A stretch of DNA of 64,000 nt from Candidatus Bathyarchaeota archaeon (GCA_043826455.1 JBDRQD010000030.1:61182-125181), one strand, 5' to 3'; positions 17,365 to 27,923 are shown, numbered from the stretch's first letter. A program made the numbers and translations. The notes: generated by a model not told the origin, from the letters alone.

Positions 17365-18540
17365 TTGGCTTCTGCCCTCAAGAACATAAGGATAGTTGAC
17401 CTCACTCAGCACCTCTCTGGCCCGTTCTGCACGATGCTTCTGGCAGACATGGGCGCCGAGGTCTTCAAAGTGGAGCCCATCTGGGGCGACGCCTCTCGCA
17501 CATCCGCCCAGTACCCCACGGTGGAGGGGCATAACGCTTACTTCATGCACGTCAACCGGAACAAGAGGAGCATCGTGCTGGACCTAAAAACTGGGAAGGG
17601 CGTGGAGGCCCTGAAGAGGCTCGTCGAGGTCTCAGACATCGTCGTCGAGAACTTCAGGCCGGGCGTCATGGACAGGCTCGGCATAGGATACGAGGCGCTG
17701 AGAGAGATTAACCCAGGGATCGTCTACGCATCCATCTCAGGCTTCGGGCAGAGTGGCCCCTACGTCAAGCGACCATCCTTCGACATCATCGCCCAGGCCA
17801 TGAGCGGATGGATGTGGCTCAACAGCCGGGAGACCCGAGGCCTAAACAGCCAAGCCCCCATGGAGCCGTCGTGCCTAGCAGGAAGCCCGGGGGACACCAT
17901 ACCGGGCGTCTTCTGCGCCCTCAGCATCCTGGCGGCGCTGCTCCATAGACAGGCCACGGGCCGGGGGCAGAGGATCGACGTTGCCCAGACAGACTCCCTG
18001 ATGGCTGTTTCGGGGCTGAGCCTAATCCGATACCTCTACTCAGGCGGCGCCGCCGATGAGCGGGCCGGTCGACCCTCCACCCAGATCCATGGAGTCTATG
18101 AGGCTAGAGACGGGTACGTGGCTGTCCGCGTCATCGGAGACGATGCGATAAAGTCCGTGGCTGATGTGACCGGCGTAGATGTTGATGAAGTCAATCCTTC
18201 CTCCGGCGCCCTGCGAGACTGGTTCAAGCAGAGGAGCAGAGACCAGATAGTTGATCTCCTCGCCGAGAAGGTCCCGTGCGCGCCGGTGGTCACAGACGAG
18301 GAGCTGGTGCAGGACCCAAACGTCAAGGAGCGGGGGATGATCATCGAACGACGGCACCTTCAGGGCTTCACCTACCGAACCATCGCGACAGGCGTAAAGT
18401 TCTCTGAGACACCCACCCGAATCGAGCTCCTCCCCCCTGAGCTGGGGGCTGACACCGTCGACGTTCTCCGGCTGATCGGGTACGACGACGATGAGATCAG
18501 GGTCTTAATGGATGAGGGCGCGGCGCGTGGACTCGCCTGA
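17365..18540 (+). CDS. Family III CoA-transferase (CaiB/BaiF)
   Basis: SGPFC..LLADMGAEV.KVE..GD, NRNKRS..LDLK, ENFRPG, SISGFGQSGP, PPELG. Confidence 0.93.
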   Translation: MASALKNIRIVDLTQHLSGPFCTMLLADMGAEVFKVEPIWGDASRTSAQYPTVEGHNAYFMHVNRNKRSIVLDLKTGKGVEALKRLVEVSDIVVENFRPGVMDRLGIGYEALREINPGIVYASISGFGQSGPYVKRPSFDIIAQAMSGWMWLNSRETRGLNSQAPMEPSCLAGSPGDTIPGVFCALSILAALLHRQATGRGQRIDVAQTDSLMAVSGLSLIRYLYSGGAADERAGRPSTQIHGVYEARDGYVAVRVIGDDAIKSVADVTGVDVDEVNPSSGALRDWFKQRSRDQIVDLLAEKVPCAPVVTDEELVQDPNVKERGMIIERRHLQGFTYRTIATGVKFSETPTRIELLPPELGADTVDVLRLIGYDDDEIRVLMDEGAARGLA

Positions 18541-18590
18541 GAATGTTTCGCGCGAGAAGAATTAATGTAGCGAGTCACCCTCTCATCATC

Positions 18591-19580
18591 ATGGGTTCAA
18601 CGATCCCCCATCACACCGATGTTGAGAGCCTCGTCAGGCGCTCTTCACTGATCTTCCCGGTAAACGTGGAGAGGTTCGCCGAGAAGGCGCACCTGCGGGG
18701 GGCGGACTGCGTCATCATGGACTTGGAGGATTCCGTGCCTGAGGGTGAGAAGGACAAGGCGAGGAGCCTGATCAGAGGCTACATACCCGTCGTCGGTAAG
18801 GGGGGCGGGGACGTCGCGGTCCGGATCAACCGCCCCATCAAACAGGCGACACAGGACTTGGAGGCCTCCGTGTGGCGTGGGCTGACCTGCGTGTCTCTAC
18901 CCAAGGTCGAGTCGGCGGAGGAGGTCCGGCTGATAGACCAGATCATAACCGGCTTGGAGAGAAAAAGAGGGATGGGTGTCGGCACCGTACAAATGGCTAT
19001 AGCCGTGGAGACGGCGCTCGGCGTAGTCAGAGCCTATGAGATCGCGTCCGCCAGCCCGAGAACAGTGACCATGGGCGTTGGCGCAGAGGACCTGACCCAG
19101 GAGATGGGCGTCCAGACAACCAAGGAGGGCCAGGAGCTATGGTACGCCCGATCGAAGGTCCTCACGGATGCCTACGCTGCCGGTGTCCAGCCAATGGGGC
19201 TAGTAGGAGTTGAGCCCTTCACTCTGCAGGAGCCTGAGAGGGCCTACGACACTGCTTTAAACTCCCGCAAGCTGGGCTACAAGGGCGCCCAGTCCATCCA
19301 CCCGGCGCCTATCCTCTATCTAAACAAGGGCTTCTCCATACCCCCTGAAGAAGTCGACCAGATGAGGAGGACCCTAGAAGCCTTCGAGGAGGGGCTGAGG
19401 AAGGGGACGGCTTCCGTGAACGTGGACGGCAGGATGATAGACATAGCCTCAGCGGAGAGATGCAGGAGGGTCCTCAGGAGGGCAGACGCCATCACGGGTA
19501 TGGATAGGAGGAAGAGTGAGGCCCTGAAAGACCCTGACCTCGTTGAAAGTAAGCTCAGGACCGCGTTAGATGACATCTAG
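18591..19580 (+). CDS. CitE/malyl-CoA lyase-like acyl-CoA lyase
   Basis: DLEDSV, VRIN, LPKVES, ETALG, GAEDL, G.MID motifs. Confidence 0.9.
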   Translation: MGSTIPHHTDVESLVRRSSLIFPVNVERFAEKAHLRGADCVIMDLEDSVPEGEKDKARSLIRGYIPVVGKGGGDVAVRINRPIKQATQDLEASVWRGLTCVSLPKVESAEEVRLIDQIITGLERKRGMGVGTVQMAIAVETALGVVRAYEIASASPRTVTMGVGAEDLTQEMGVQTTKEGQELWYARSKVLTDAYAAGVQPMGLVGVEPFTLQEPERAYDTALNSRKLGYKGAQSIHPAPILYLNKGFSIPPEEVDQMRRTLEAFEEGLRKGTASVNVDGRMIDIASAERCRRVLRRADAITGMDRRKSEALKDPDLVESKLRTALDDI

Positions 19581-19653
19581 GCACGCTATCCGCGGGTGGT
19601 GCTCACCCGGAAAAGGGTTTTATGCTCACGTTCTCGCATAACAATGTTACTTC

Positions 19654-20559
19654 ATGCAAGAGGAGCACGGAATCGTCTTCGACGTCAAGCACTTCGCCGT
19701 CCACGACGGGCCGGGCATCAGAACCACGGTCTTCCTGAAGGGGTGCCCCCTCAGGTGCCTCTGGTGTCACAGCCCGGAGTCCCAGAGCCTCGCCCCCGAG
19801 ATCATGATCCACCCTGAGAGATGCATCGGATGCAAAGCCTGCGTGAAGGCGTGCCCCCAAGGCGCACTGAAGCACCCAGGCGACCCTGAGCCGGCGGGCT
19901 GCACCCACTGCGGGGCCTGCGCCCAGGCCTGCTACTCGGGCGCCAGAGTCCTGCTCGGGGCCAGCCTTACCGTCGAAGAGGTCATGATCTCGGTCAGGAA
20001 GGACAAGCGGCTCCATGAGGCCTCCGGGGGCGGAGTCACGATCTCGGGAGGTGAACCCACGCACCAACCCGGGTTCACCTACACGCTGCTCCAGGCCCTG
20101 AAGGAGGAGGGCTACCACACGGCGCTGGACACCTGCGGCTGCACCACGTGGGAGACGCTTAAGCGGATGCTACCCCTCACCGATCTATTCCTCTACGACC
20201 TGAAGCACCTCGATCCTGACACCCATCGCAGATTAACGGGCAGGGACAACGACCTGATCCTCTCAAACCTTAGACGGTTGTCCGAGATGGATGCCCGCGT
20301 CGTGGTCAGGGTACCCCTGATCCCGGGCCTCAACGACTCCGAGGAGCACCTGAAGAGCGTAGAAGGGCTCCTCAGGGGCCTGAACGTGGAGGCCGTCGAG
20401 ATCCTGCCGTACCACAGGCTGGGGGTGCCCAAGTACGAGTCCCTGGGCAGAAGGTACACTTTGGCCGATCTGGAGCCACACAGCGAGGCTCACCTTCTCA
20501 GAGTCCAGGAGCACCTGAGAGCCAACGGGTTGAACGTAGTGGTTGAGGGATTGATGTGA
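19654..20559 (+). CDS. Glycyl-radical enzyme activating enzyme (radical SAM with ferredoxin insert)
   Basis: HDGPGIRTTVFLKGCPLRCLWCHSPE; CIGCKACVKACP and CTHCGACAQAC; GVTISGGEP; LPYH. Confidence 0.95.
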   Translation: MQEEHGIVFDVKHFAVHDGPGIRTTVFLKGCPLRCLWCHSPESQSLAPEIMIHPERCIGCKACVKACPQGALKHPGDPEPAGCTHCGACAQACYSGARVLLGASLTVEEVMISVRKDKRLHEASGGGVTISGGEPTHQPGFTYTLLQALKEEGYHTALDTCGCTTWETLKRMLPLTDLFLYDLKHLDPDTHRRLTGRDNDLILSNLRRLSEMDARVVVRVPLIPGLNDSEEHLKSVEGLLRGLNVEAVEILPYHRLGVPKYESLGRRYTLADLEPHSEAHLLRVQEHLRANGLNVVVEGLM

Positions 20560-22814
20560 GTAGAGTGGATGCCATCAGAAGAAACCTGGACCGATACGAG
20601 GTCGTCGAGACACCGATAGTCAGATCCACCGTGTTAAAGGAGCCCGGCGTCGAAGCCAAACCCGTGATCATCAGGAAGGCGCTGGCCCTGGAGCGCATGC
20701 TGGAGGAGGCCCCGGTCCACATCTACCCCCACGAACTCATCGTGGGCATCCCCTTCAGAGAGAGGCCGAGCCCCGAGGACCCATCCAAACGGCTGATACT
20801 TCCGGAGAGCGTGTCAGGGCAGGGTTACACGGACTTCGCCAACAAGCTCATCGCCCTGGGCCACCGGGACGCCACCTATCACCCCGTGATCCAGTGCCTC
20901 AGCAGATACGGCGGCAGCGACATGTTCTGCGTGTTCCCCCACTACGCGACCTCCGAGGAGGTCGACGAGGCCAGGAGGCTGGGCCTTGACGCGAACTGCA
21001 ACCCGGGCCACCTCCAAGGAGGCCACGCCCAGGTGATCAAGCACGGCTGGAGCGGCCTCAGGAATACAGCAGAGGACCACCTCAGCCGGTTAAGCCCAAC
21101 GTCTGAGCACACCCAGAGGCAGGCCGCCTTCCTGGAGGCCGTCATCATCACGCTTCAGGCCGCCCAGGGCTACGCCCATAGATACGCGCAGCACGCCGAG
21201 GACCTGGCCAGAAAAAAGGCCTCCGGCCAGCGAAGGAGCGAGCTCGCCAAGATAGCTGAGGTGTGCAGGAACGTGGCGGTCAGGGCGCCTCAGACTTGGT
21301 GGGAGGCCTTGCAGCTCAACTGGTTCACGCACCTGATCAATCACACGCAGGGCGCCCACCAGCTTGGACGGTTCGATCAGTACATGTGGCCTGTGCTCAG
21401 ACGGCAGCTTGAGAGGGGAGAGACGACCATGGATGAGGCCCAGGAGCTCCTGGAGTGTCTCTGGCTCAAGTTCAGCACCTACACGGCCGTGGACATGGAT
21501 AACCTTCAGAACATAATCATCGGGGGCATGACCCCTGATGGGGGCGACGCCACCAACCCCCTCAGCTACATGTGTCTGGAGGCCACGGACAAGCTGGGCA
21601 CCATTGACCCCAAGTGGAGCATCAGAGTACACAAGGATAGCCCCCAGGAGTTCCTGAGCCGCGCCGCCGAGATAATAAAGAAGGGGGGAGCCGAGCCCGG
21701 CATATACAACGACGAGATAATCATCAAGGCCCTCACAGACACCGGGGTCCCCCTGGAGGACGCGCGGGACTACACCAACGACGGCTGCTCTGAGATCCTC
21801 GTCCAGGGCAGCACAAACCCTTGGGCCTTCGAGGCCAGGGTGAAGCTCCTCAAGTGCCTGGAGTCGACTGTCGACGGCATCCAAGACCTCCAGACCTTTG
21901 AGGAGCTCTACGCCTCCTTCAAGGACAGGGTGTCGGTCGCTGTCTCCCTCGCCGTCTCCAACGCCAACGTCCTCCAGGAGGCCGTGCCTAGGATAAGCCC
22001 GAACCCGTGGATCTCCGCGGGGGTCGAGGGCTGCCTGGAGAAGATGATGGACGTCACCGAGGGGGGCGCCAAATATAACTCGGCGGCTGTGTGCGTGACA
22101 GGCTTGGCGGACGCCGTAGACTCGCTGGCGGCCCTGAAGAAGCTGGTTTACGAGGATAAGCTCATCGCACCAGTGGAGCTCCTCAAGGCCTTGAAGGCAG
22201 ATTTCGAGGGGCATGAGCGCATGAGGCAGCTCCTCCTGAACAGGGCCCCCAAGTTTGGTAATGACGACGACTACGTGGACAGCATAGCCACAGACCTCGT
22301 TGAGCACCTGCACCGCGAGGTCACGAGGCACAGGAACCCGCGGGGAGGCGGGTACGTCCTGGGCCTGTTCAGCTACGGAGACTACATCGGCCACGGCCTG
22401 GTCACGGGCGCCACACCCAACGGCAGGAGGTCCGGGGACAGCATATGCCCCAACTTCTCCCCCAGCCCAGGCAGGGACAAGGCCGGGCCCTGGGCCGCCA
22501 TGAAGTCCACGGCAAAGGTCAACCAGGCCCTCACAGCGAACGGGAACGCCCTGGACCTGACAATACACCCCTCGGCCTTCACGGGGCCCCAGGGGACAGA
22601 GAACCTGGTCAGTCTGATACGCGCCTTCAACTCGATAGGGGGCATTCAGGTCCAGTTCAACATAGTCGACTCGGAGACCTTGAAGGCGGCGCAGCGTGAG
22701 CCCGAGAAGTACCAGAACCTGACGGTGCGTTTGTGGGGGTTCCCCGCCTACTTCACCAGACTGCCGAGGGAGTTCCAGGAACACCTCATAGCCAGGTCAG
22801 AGCACAAACTGTAA
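20556..22814 (+). CDS. Glycyl radical enzyme (PFL2/dehydratase-like), substrate unknown
   Basis: GRFDQY, Cys loop DGCSE, APKFGNDD, GATPNGR, QFN, Gly loop VRLWGFPAYF; GTG start overlaps the activase stop. Confidence 0.93.
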   Translation: MSRVDAIRRNLDRYEVVETPIVRSTVLKEPGVEAKPVIIRKALALERMLEEAPVHIYPHELIVGIPFRERPSPEDPSKRLILPESVSGQGYTDFANKLIALGHRDATYHPVIQCLSRYGGSDMFCVFPHYATSEEVDEARRLGLDANCNPGHLQGGHAQVIKHGWSGLRNTAEDHLSRLSPTSEHTQRQAAFLEAVIITLQAAQGYAHRYAQHAEDLARKKASGQRRSELAKIAEVCRNVAVRAPQTWWEALQLNWFTHLINHTQGAHQLGRFDQYMWPVLRRQLERGETTMDEAQELLECLWLKFSTYTAVDMDNLQNIIIGGMTPDGGDATNPLSYMCLEATDKLGTIDPKWSIRVHKDSPQEFLSRAAEIIKKGGAEPGIYNDEIIIKALTDTGVPLEDARDYTNDGCSEILVQGSTNPWAFEARVKLLKCLESTVDGIQDLQTFEELYASFKDRVSVAVSLAVSNANVLQEAVPRISPNPWISAGVEGCLEKMMDVTEGGAKYNSAAVCVTGLADAVDSLAALKKLVYEDKLIAPVELLKALKADFEGHERMRQLLLNRAPKFGNDDDYVDSIATDLVEHLHREVTRHRNPRGGGYVLGLFSYGDYIGHGLVTGATPNGRRSGDSICPNFSPSPGRDKAGPWAAMKSTAKVNQALTANGNALDLTIHPSAFTGPQGTENLVSLIRAFNSIGGIQVQFNIVDSETLKAAQREPEKYQNLTVRLWGFPAYFTRLPREFQEHLIARSEHKL

Positions 22815-22846
22815 TCCCCCGTCCATACAGCTTTCTTGGATCGGCT

Positions 22847-22996
22847 CTATTTCTTGGTCTGGGTGCCGCAGCAGCTGCATACTATGTATCCCTGTTTCAG
22901 CTTCCTCTCTATGAAGTCGCTGCACTCCTTCTTGTCCAGGAAGAGGGGCTGCCCACAATCCTTGCAGCGCTCCTCAGGGGTCTCAGCTGTCGACAT
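22847..22996 (-). CDS. Small zinc-finger protein (49 aa)
   Basis: CKDCG...C...CSCCG. Confidence 0.6.
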   Translation of the reverse strand: MSTAETPEERCKDCGQPLFLDKKECSDFIERKLKQGYIVCSCCGTQTKK

Positions 22997-23110
22997 CCCT
23001 GATATCTTCGAGTCGATGGTTAATAACTTGTACCATAAAAGCGCCACATCGCATACGAGACAATTGTGTAGTTATTGTTGTCGTTATCTAGAAGAAACGC
23101 GTGTGTCCAG

Positions 23111-24799
23111 TCAAAGTTGTCTCCCCTGGGGTAATGTCCTGTACTGGGATATGGGTGCCAACTCGTACCTATCTATCAGCACGTCTATGATGGCGGGTTT
23201 ACCTGAGGCGAAGGCGGACTGTATGGCCTCCTTCAGTTCGCCTGGTCTATCGATTCTCTGGCCGTAGCAGTTGAATGCCTCGGCCACCCGCCCATAGTCT
23301 ACGTCGATGAAGTCTGATGATCTCAGCGCCTTTCCCTGGCCTCTCCACTTGAACCCGTAGTGGAGCATCCCCAGGGTGACGTTGTTGAAGACCACGGCCA
23401 CGAAGGGCTTGTCGCAGCGCAGGGCGGTCTCCAGCTCTGCTATGTGGTAGGCGACGCCGCCGTCCCCCGTCACGTCCAGCACCTTCCTGTTCCCGGCGGC
23501 GAACTTGGCGCCGATAGCCGCCGGGAGACTCCACCCCAGCGTCCCCGCGGCCCTTATGTAGGTCCTCCCGGGGGCGGCCAACGGGTAGAGAACCCCCGTC
23601 CATGCCGCCATTTGCCCCGTGTCGGCGACGAGGATATCCTGCTCGCCTAGAACCTGCCTGATCTCCTTGATGACGCGATGGGGTTTGATGGGCACCGCAT
23701 CGGAGCTCATCACAGCAGAGGCCTGGTCGCTCCACTCCTTCTTCAACGCCTCCACGTGTTCAAGGTACTGCCTTTTCTGGGGCTTATCCATCATCTTCCT
23801 CAACACTTTGTGAAGATCTCTGACCCCATTCTTGGCGTCGCATACCATTCTTGACGCCACATTGTAGTTCCTGCCAATGGTCTCTGCCTCGATGTCGAGT
23901 TGTAGTATGGTGGCGTCCTGCCCGGGCACGGTCCAGTTGTCCGTTGCCATCCCCCCTGCTCTGGAGCCGATAAAAAACACGACATCAGCGTCGTCCACTA
24001 CCTTGTTCGCCGTCGAGCTCGAGTATCTACCCACCACACCCACGGACAGCGGGTGCTCGTCTGGGATAGCCCCTTTTCCGCTGAGAGTCGTAGCCACAGG
24101 TATAAAGTAGGACTCAGCGAGCTTGATGAGTTCGTTCCAGGCACGTGATACCATCACCCCGCCGCCCGCAACTATCACTGGGCGCTGAGCTTTGGCGAGG
24201 ATCTCCGCCGCCTTCTTCACGTCCTCTGGGTCCGGGCTTGTTCTCGCCGAGGGGTACGTCTTACACCTCAGATCAGCGTACGGCTCAGGAACGTCGGCTA
24301 TACTATTTGCGGCGTCGTAGTGAAGATTGATGTGAACTGGCCCAGGGCATCCGCTTGTAGCGATTATGAAGGCGTCCCGGGTGATCTCGGCCGCTCTCTC
24401 AGCCTGGTAGATGTGGGCGTTCCACTTTGTGGTGGGCTCAAAGAAGGGCATCTCGTCCAGCTCCTGGTACTGGAACTTGTACAGCTCGGGGACGTTGGTT
24501 GAGCCCGTGAGAGCTATGACGGGCGTGCACGTCCAGTAAGCCTCGGATATACCGGCTGCGAGGTTAATTGCGCCCGGCCCAGCCTGCCCATAGCATACGC
24601 TCGGCTCGTAGCTTACCCGAGAGTAGCCGTCAGCCATGTACGCCGCCGCTTTCTCACTCCGCGCCAATACGAGGTCGATGCCCGCCTCCTCCATCTCGAT
24701 GAAGAGGGAGATCATGCCTCCTGAGACGTGGAAAAAGTGTTTTACTCCATGATTTTTCATGGTTTCCGCCACAGCCTTCGCTCCACTCATGTGAACCAT
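23111..24799 (-). CDS. TPP-dependent enzyme, acetolactate synthase-like family
   Basis: E.AAAYMADGY.R, GPGAIN, GPVH, GDGG...NN TPP motif. Confidence 0.92.
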   Translation of the reverse strand: MVHMSGAKAVAETMKNHGVKHFFHVSGGMISLFIEMEEAGIDLVLARSEKAAAYMADGYSRVSYEPSVCYGQAGPGAINLAAGISEAYWTCTPVIALTGSTNVPELYKFQYQELDEMPFFEPTTKWNAHIYQAERAAEITRDAFIIATSGCPGPVHINLHYDAANSIADVPEPYADLRCKTYPSARTSPDPEDVKKAAEILAKAQRPVIVAGGGVMVSRAWNELIKLAESYFIPVATTLSGKGAIPDEHPLSVGVVGRYSSSTANKVVDDADVVFFIGSRAGGMATDNWTVPGQDATILQLDIEAETIGRNYNVASRMVCDAKNGVRDLHKVLRKMMDKPQKRQYLEHVEALKKEWSDQASAVMSSDAVPIKPHRVIKEIRQVLGEQDILVADTGQMAAWTGVLYPLAAPGRTYIRAAGTLGWSLPAAIGAKFAAGNRKVLDVTGDGGVAYHIAELETALRCDKPFVAVVFNNVTLGMLHYGFKWRGQGKALRSSDFIDVDYGRVAEAFNCYGQRIDRPGELKEAIQSAFASGKPAIIDVLIDRYELAPISQYRTLPQGRQL

Positions 24800-24961
24800 A
24801 AAACGCCACCCACTTGTGTCCTACTTGTGATAGTAACAAGTAACCTGTAAACACTATATGTTTATTGCATATCCGCGCTAGCAGAAAATATATTTTATCT
24901 CATCCAACGCACTCCGATCATCTGGGTTAACCCTATAATCTAGGGCGTCCACGTATCAGTC

Positions 24962-26053
24962 ATGGTAAGAATCGGAGACCCCGTCGAGGAGATAGACACG
25001 CCCGCGCTGCTCCTCGACCTCGACATCATGGAGTCCAACATAAGGAAGATGGCCGACAGGTTCAAGCGAATGCCCGCGGACCTGCGGCCCCACGTGAAGA
25101 CCCACAAGATCCCCATCATAGCCTGGAAACAGATTGAGGCCGGGGCCATCGGGGTGACCTGCGCCAAGCTGGGCGAGGCCGAGGTGATGGCCGAGGCGGG
25201 GATCAGAGACATACTCATAGCCAACCAGGTGGTGGGTGAGCCCAAGGTCACCCGCCTCATGAGCTTGGCCAAGCACAGCGACGTCATCGTGGCCGTGGAT
25301 GACAGCCGCAACGTCAAGCACCTGGCGGAGAGGGCCCGTGAGAAGAAGGTTGAGCTCGGTGTCCTTGTGGAGGTGGACGTTGGCAACAACCGGTGCGGGA
25401 CCATGCCGGGCGAGCCAGCCCTCCAGCTGTCCAAGGAGGTGATGCGGTACCCCAGCTTGGACTTCAAGGGGCTAATGGGCTACGAGGGGTTCTGCCAGTT
25501 CATCCCGGAGCTGGAGGCGAGAAGGGCTAAGGCCACAGAGGCCATGGACAAGCTGGTGGGCACCAGGCACCTCCTGGAGAATAACGGCGTAGACGTGGAC
25601 ATCGTCAGCGGGGGCGGCACAGGCACCCACATGATAACCGGTAACCACCGGGGGGTGACCGAGGTGGAGGCGGGCAGCTACGTGTTCATGGACGCCAAGT
25701 ACAGCACAGTTGAGGGCTTGGAGGAGTTCGGTCAGGCCCTTACCGTCCTCTCCACCATCGTAAGCACCAGCCGCAAAGACAAAACAATATGCGATGTGGG
25801 GCTGAAAACCATGACTTTCGAGCACGGGATGCCCCTCATCAAGGGCAGAGACGACATGGAGTACGTGCGCGGCAACGAGGAGCACGGCCACATCCAGGTG
25901 GGGCCAGGGTTTGACCTGAAGCCCGGCGACAAGTTCGAGCTCATTCCCACCCACTGCTGCGCCACCACCAACCTCTACGATGTCCTGCACTGCGTCAGAG
26001 GCGGCGTCCTCGAGGCCGTGTGGAGGGTCCAGGCGAGAGGTAAGAGCCAGTAA
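24962..26053 (+). CDS. D-threonine aldolase / DSD1-family fold III PLP enzyme
   Basis: DTPALL, RPHVKTHK, GLMGYEG, SGGGTG, G.YVFMD, EEHG, HCC. Confidence 0.92.
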   Translation: MVRIGDPVEEIDTPALLLDLDIMESNIRKMADRFKRMPADLRPHVKTHKIPIIAWKQIEAGAIGVTCAKLGEAEVMAEAGIRDILIANQVVGEPKVTRLMSLAKHSDVIVAVDDSRNVKHLAERAREKKVELGVLVEVDVGNNRCGTMPGEPALQLSKEVMRYPSLDFKGLMGYEGFCQFIPELEARRAKATEAMDKLVGTRHLLENNGVDVDIVSGGGTGTHMITGNHRGVTEVEAGSYVFMDAKYSTVEGLEEFGQALTVLSTIVSTSRKDKTICDVGLKTMTFEHGMPLIKGRDDMEYVRGNEEHGHIQVGPGFDLKPGDKFELIPTHCCATTNLYDVLHCVRGGVLEAVWRVQARGKSQ

Positions 26054-26135
26054 GGATCATCTCATAACCCTTTTTTCGTTGATTCAGGCCTATGCAAGTC
26101 AAATCATAAAAGGGGCGAAGGGCACCATCTTCTCC

Positions 26136-27095
26136 ATGGAACCACCTACACTCAAGGACGTTCTATTCGCGAGGAAGACCATCGCGCCATACCTGGCCAA
26201 GACGCCGCTACACACATACTCGTTATTGAACGATTGCCTTGGCTTCGAGGCCTACGTGAAGCACGAGAACCATCAGCCCACGGGCGCCTTCAAGATTAGA
26301 GGAGGCATCAACCTCATCAGCCAGCTATCGCCGGATGAGCGGAGACGGGGCGTGATAACGGCGAGCACCGGGAACCACGGCCAGAGCATAGCCCTCGCGG
26401 GCAGGATGTTCGGGGTCGAGGCTAAGGTCTGCGTGATGGATGGGGCGAACCCCGATAAGGTTGCCGCCATCAAGAGCTATGGCGCGGAGATAATACAGCA
26501 AGGAGCAGACTACGACGAGTCGAGGCTCAACGCCGAGCGCCTCGCCAAGGAGTACGGCTACAGGTACGTGCACAGCGGAAACGAGCCCCTGCTTATCGCC
26601 GGCGTGGGTACCATGGCTTTGGAGATGATAGAGGATGAGCCGGACCTGGACGTGATGTTCTCGCCGGTGGGCGCAGGCACCAACGCGGCGGGCGTAGCCA
26701 TAGTCTACAAGGCCCTGAGCCCGGAAACTCGCATAATAGCCGTCCAGTCCGAGAACGCGCCCAGCGTCTACCTGAGCTGGAAGAGCGGCAAACTCGAATC
26801 CACCAGCTCAGCTAAGACCATAGCTGACGGGCTGGCTACAAGGCAGGCCTTCGAGCTGCCAACTAGGATTCTCCGCGAACTCGTGGACGACTTCGTGCTG
26901 GTGTCGGACGATGAGATCGCCCGCGCCATCAAGCTCTACGTGGAGAAGGTTCACACTGTAGCTGAGGGGGCGGGCGCCGCGACTCTGGCAGCCGCCGCTA
27001 AGATGAGGGACCGGCTTCAGGGTAAGAAGGTGGGCCTCATACTAAGCGGAGGCAATATCACTCTCGAGAACCTTTTGAGGTGCTTAGCCAAATAA
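26136..27095 (+). CDS. Threonine/serine ammonia-lyase (no ACT domain)
   Basis: KHENHQPTGAFKIRG, ASTGNHGQ, TIADGL, SGGNI. Confidence 0.92.
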   Translation: MEPPTLKDVLFARKTIAPYLAKTPLHTYSLLNDCLGFEAYVKHENHQPTGAFKIRGGINLISQLSPDERRRGVITASTGNHGQSIALAGRMFGVEAKVCVMDGANPDKVAAIKSYGAEIIQQGADYDESRLNAERLAKEYGYRYVHSGNEPLLIAGVGTMALEMIEDEPDLDVMFSPVGAGTNAAGVAIVYKALSPETRIIAVQSENAPSVYLSWKSGKLESTSSAKTIADGLATRQAFELPTRILRELVDDFVLVSDDEIARAIKLYVEKVHTVAEGAGAATLAAAAKMRDRLQGKKVGLILSGGNITLENLLRCLAK

Positions 27096-27200
27096 ATCAG
27101 TAGACTGGCTGCGGTGTGCAGCCGTCTCATTAAAATTCACCCGGGCTTGATTGAGAGACACAGTTTAAAGATAAATGCGTGTTCCGCGTATGTATCCTCC

Positions 27201-27458
27201 GTGCCAAGGGCCAGGAAGGGCGTCGTGCAGATACGCTTCGAGATACTTGAGTACCTCTACTATAACCCGGCCCCCCAGCCCAGGACCCACGTGTGGCGCA
27301 AGGCCACCACCCTGAGCTACGACGACTTCCTGAAGCATATGGAGTACCTGAGAGACCGAGGCCTCGTGGCGGAGGACGAGGAAGGAAACAGCGCAATCTC
27401 CCCGGAGGGCCGAGATGTCTTCAACAAGCTGAGGCAGGTGTTGCCCAGCATACTCTAG
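27201..27458 (+). CDS. Archaeal winged-helix protein
   Basis: I..EILE...TTLSY..F.K..EYL...GLV...ISPEG. Confidence 0.75.
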   Translation: MPRARKGVVQIRFEILEYLYYNPAPQPRTHVWRKATTLSYDDFLKHMEYLRDRGLVAEDEEGNSAISPEGRDVFNKLRQVLPSIL

Positions 27459-27506
27459 ATGCATCTTTGGTGCACAGACCTTAAAAGAACCCGGTAAGAG
27501 GCTGAT

Positions 27507-27839
27507 GTGATGGCGGAGAAGGAGAGAGAAGAGGCCAGGCTACCCCTGAGGAGCATCCACGATTTCCTTTTCGAGATAGACTCCGAGTGGAGCAGCTTCA
27601 GGACGGGCAGCCTCCTCAGCCTCATCACCACCATCCTCCTATTTCTCATCTTCCTGCCCAGGTACTTCCTGGTAACCCTACGACAGGGCGGCCCCCTAGA
27701 CAAGCTCGTCGCCGTCACCATAGCTGGCCTCCTAGTCTACAGCGCCTATACCTCCTGGAGGCAGCACAAGTTCTACCAGAGATGGGAAAAGCGTCTCGGC
27801 CTACTGCTGCACTTGGAGCAGGAGCTGCTGGGCGAGTAG
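27507..27839 (+). CDS. Two-TM hypothetical protein
   Basis: Two hydrophobic helices with charged termini. Confidence 0.7.
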   Translation: MMAEKEREEARLPLRSIHDFLFEIDSEWSSFRTGSLLSLITTILLFLIFLPRYFLVTLRQGGPLDKLVAVTIAGLLVYSAYTSWRQHKFYQRWEKRLGLLLHLEQELLGE

Positions 27840-27923
27840 ACCAAACCTGTTCACCAGAGATGAATACGAGGGGTGAGAAACCCCTATTATATATCTCGGC
27901 GAGGTACGCCCGGTGAAGACAAG

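Noticed and set aside
21090..22784. 564-aa minus-strand ORF (likewise 49714-50868 and similar)
   Set aside because: Antisense shadows of GC-rich genes that have clear motifs on the other strand.
20556..22814. Calling the GRE pflB, cutC or hypD
   Set aside because: No CC motif, and the specificity residues cannot be verified by eye.
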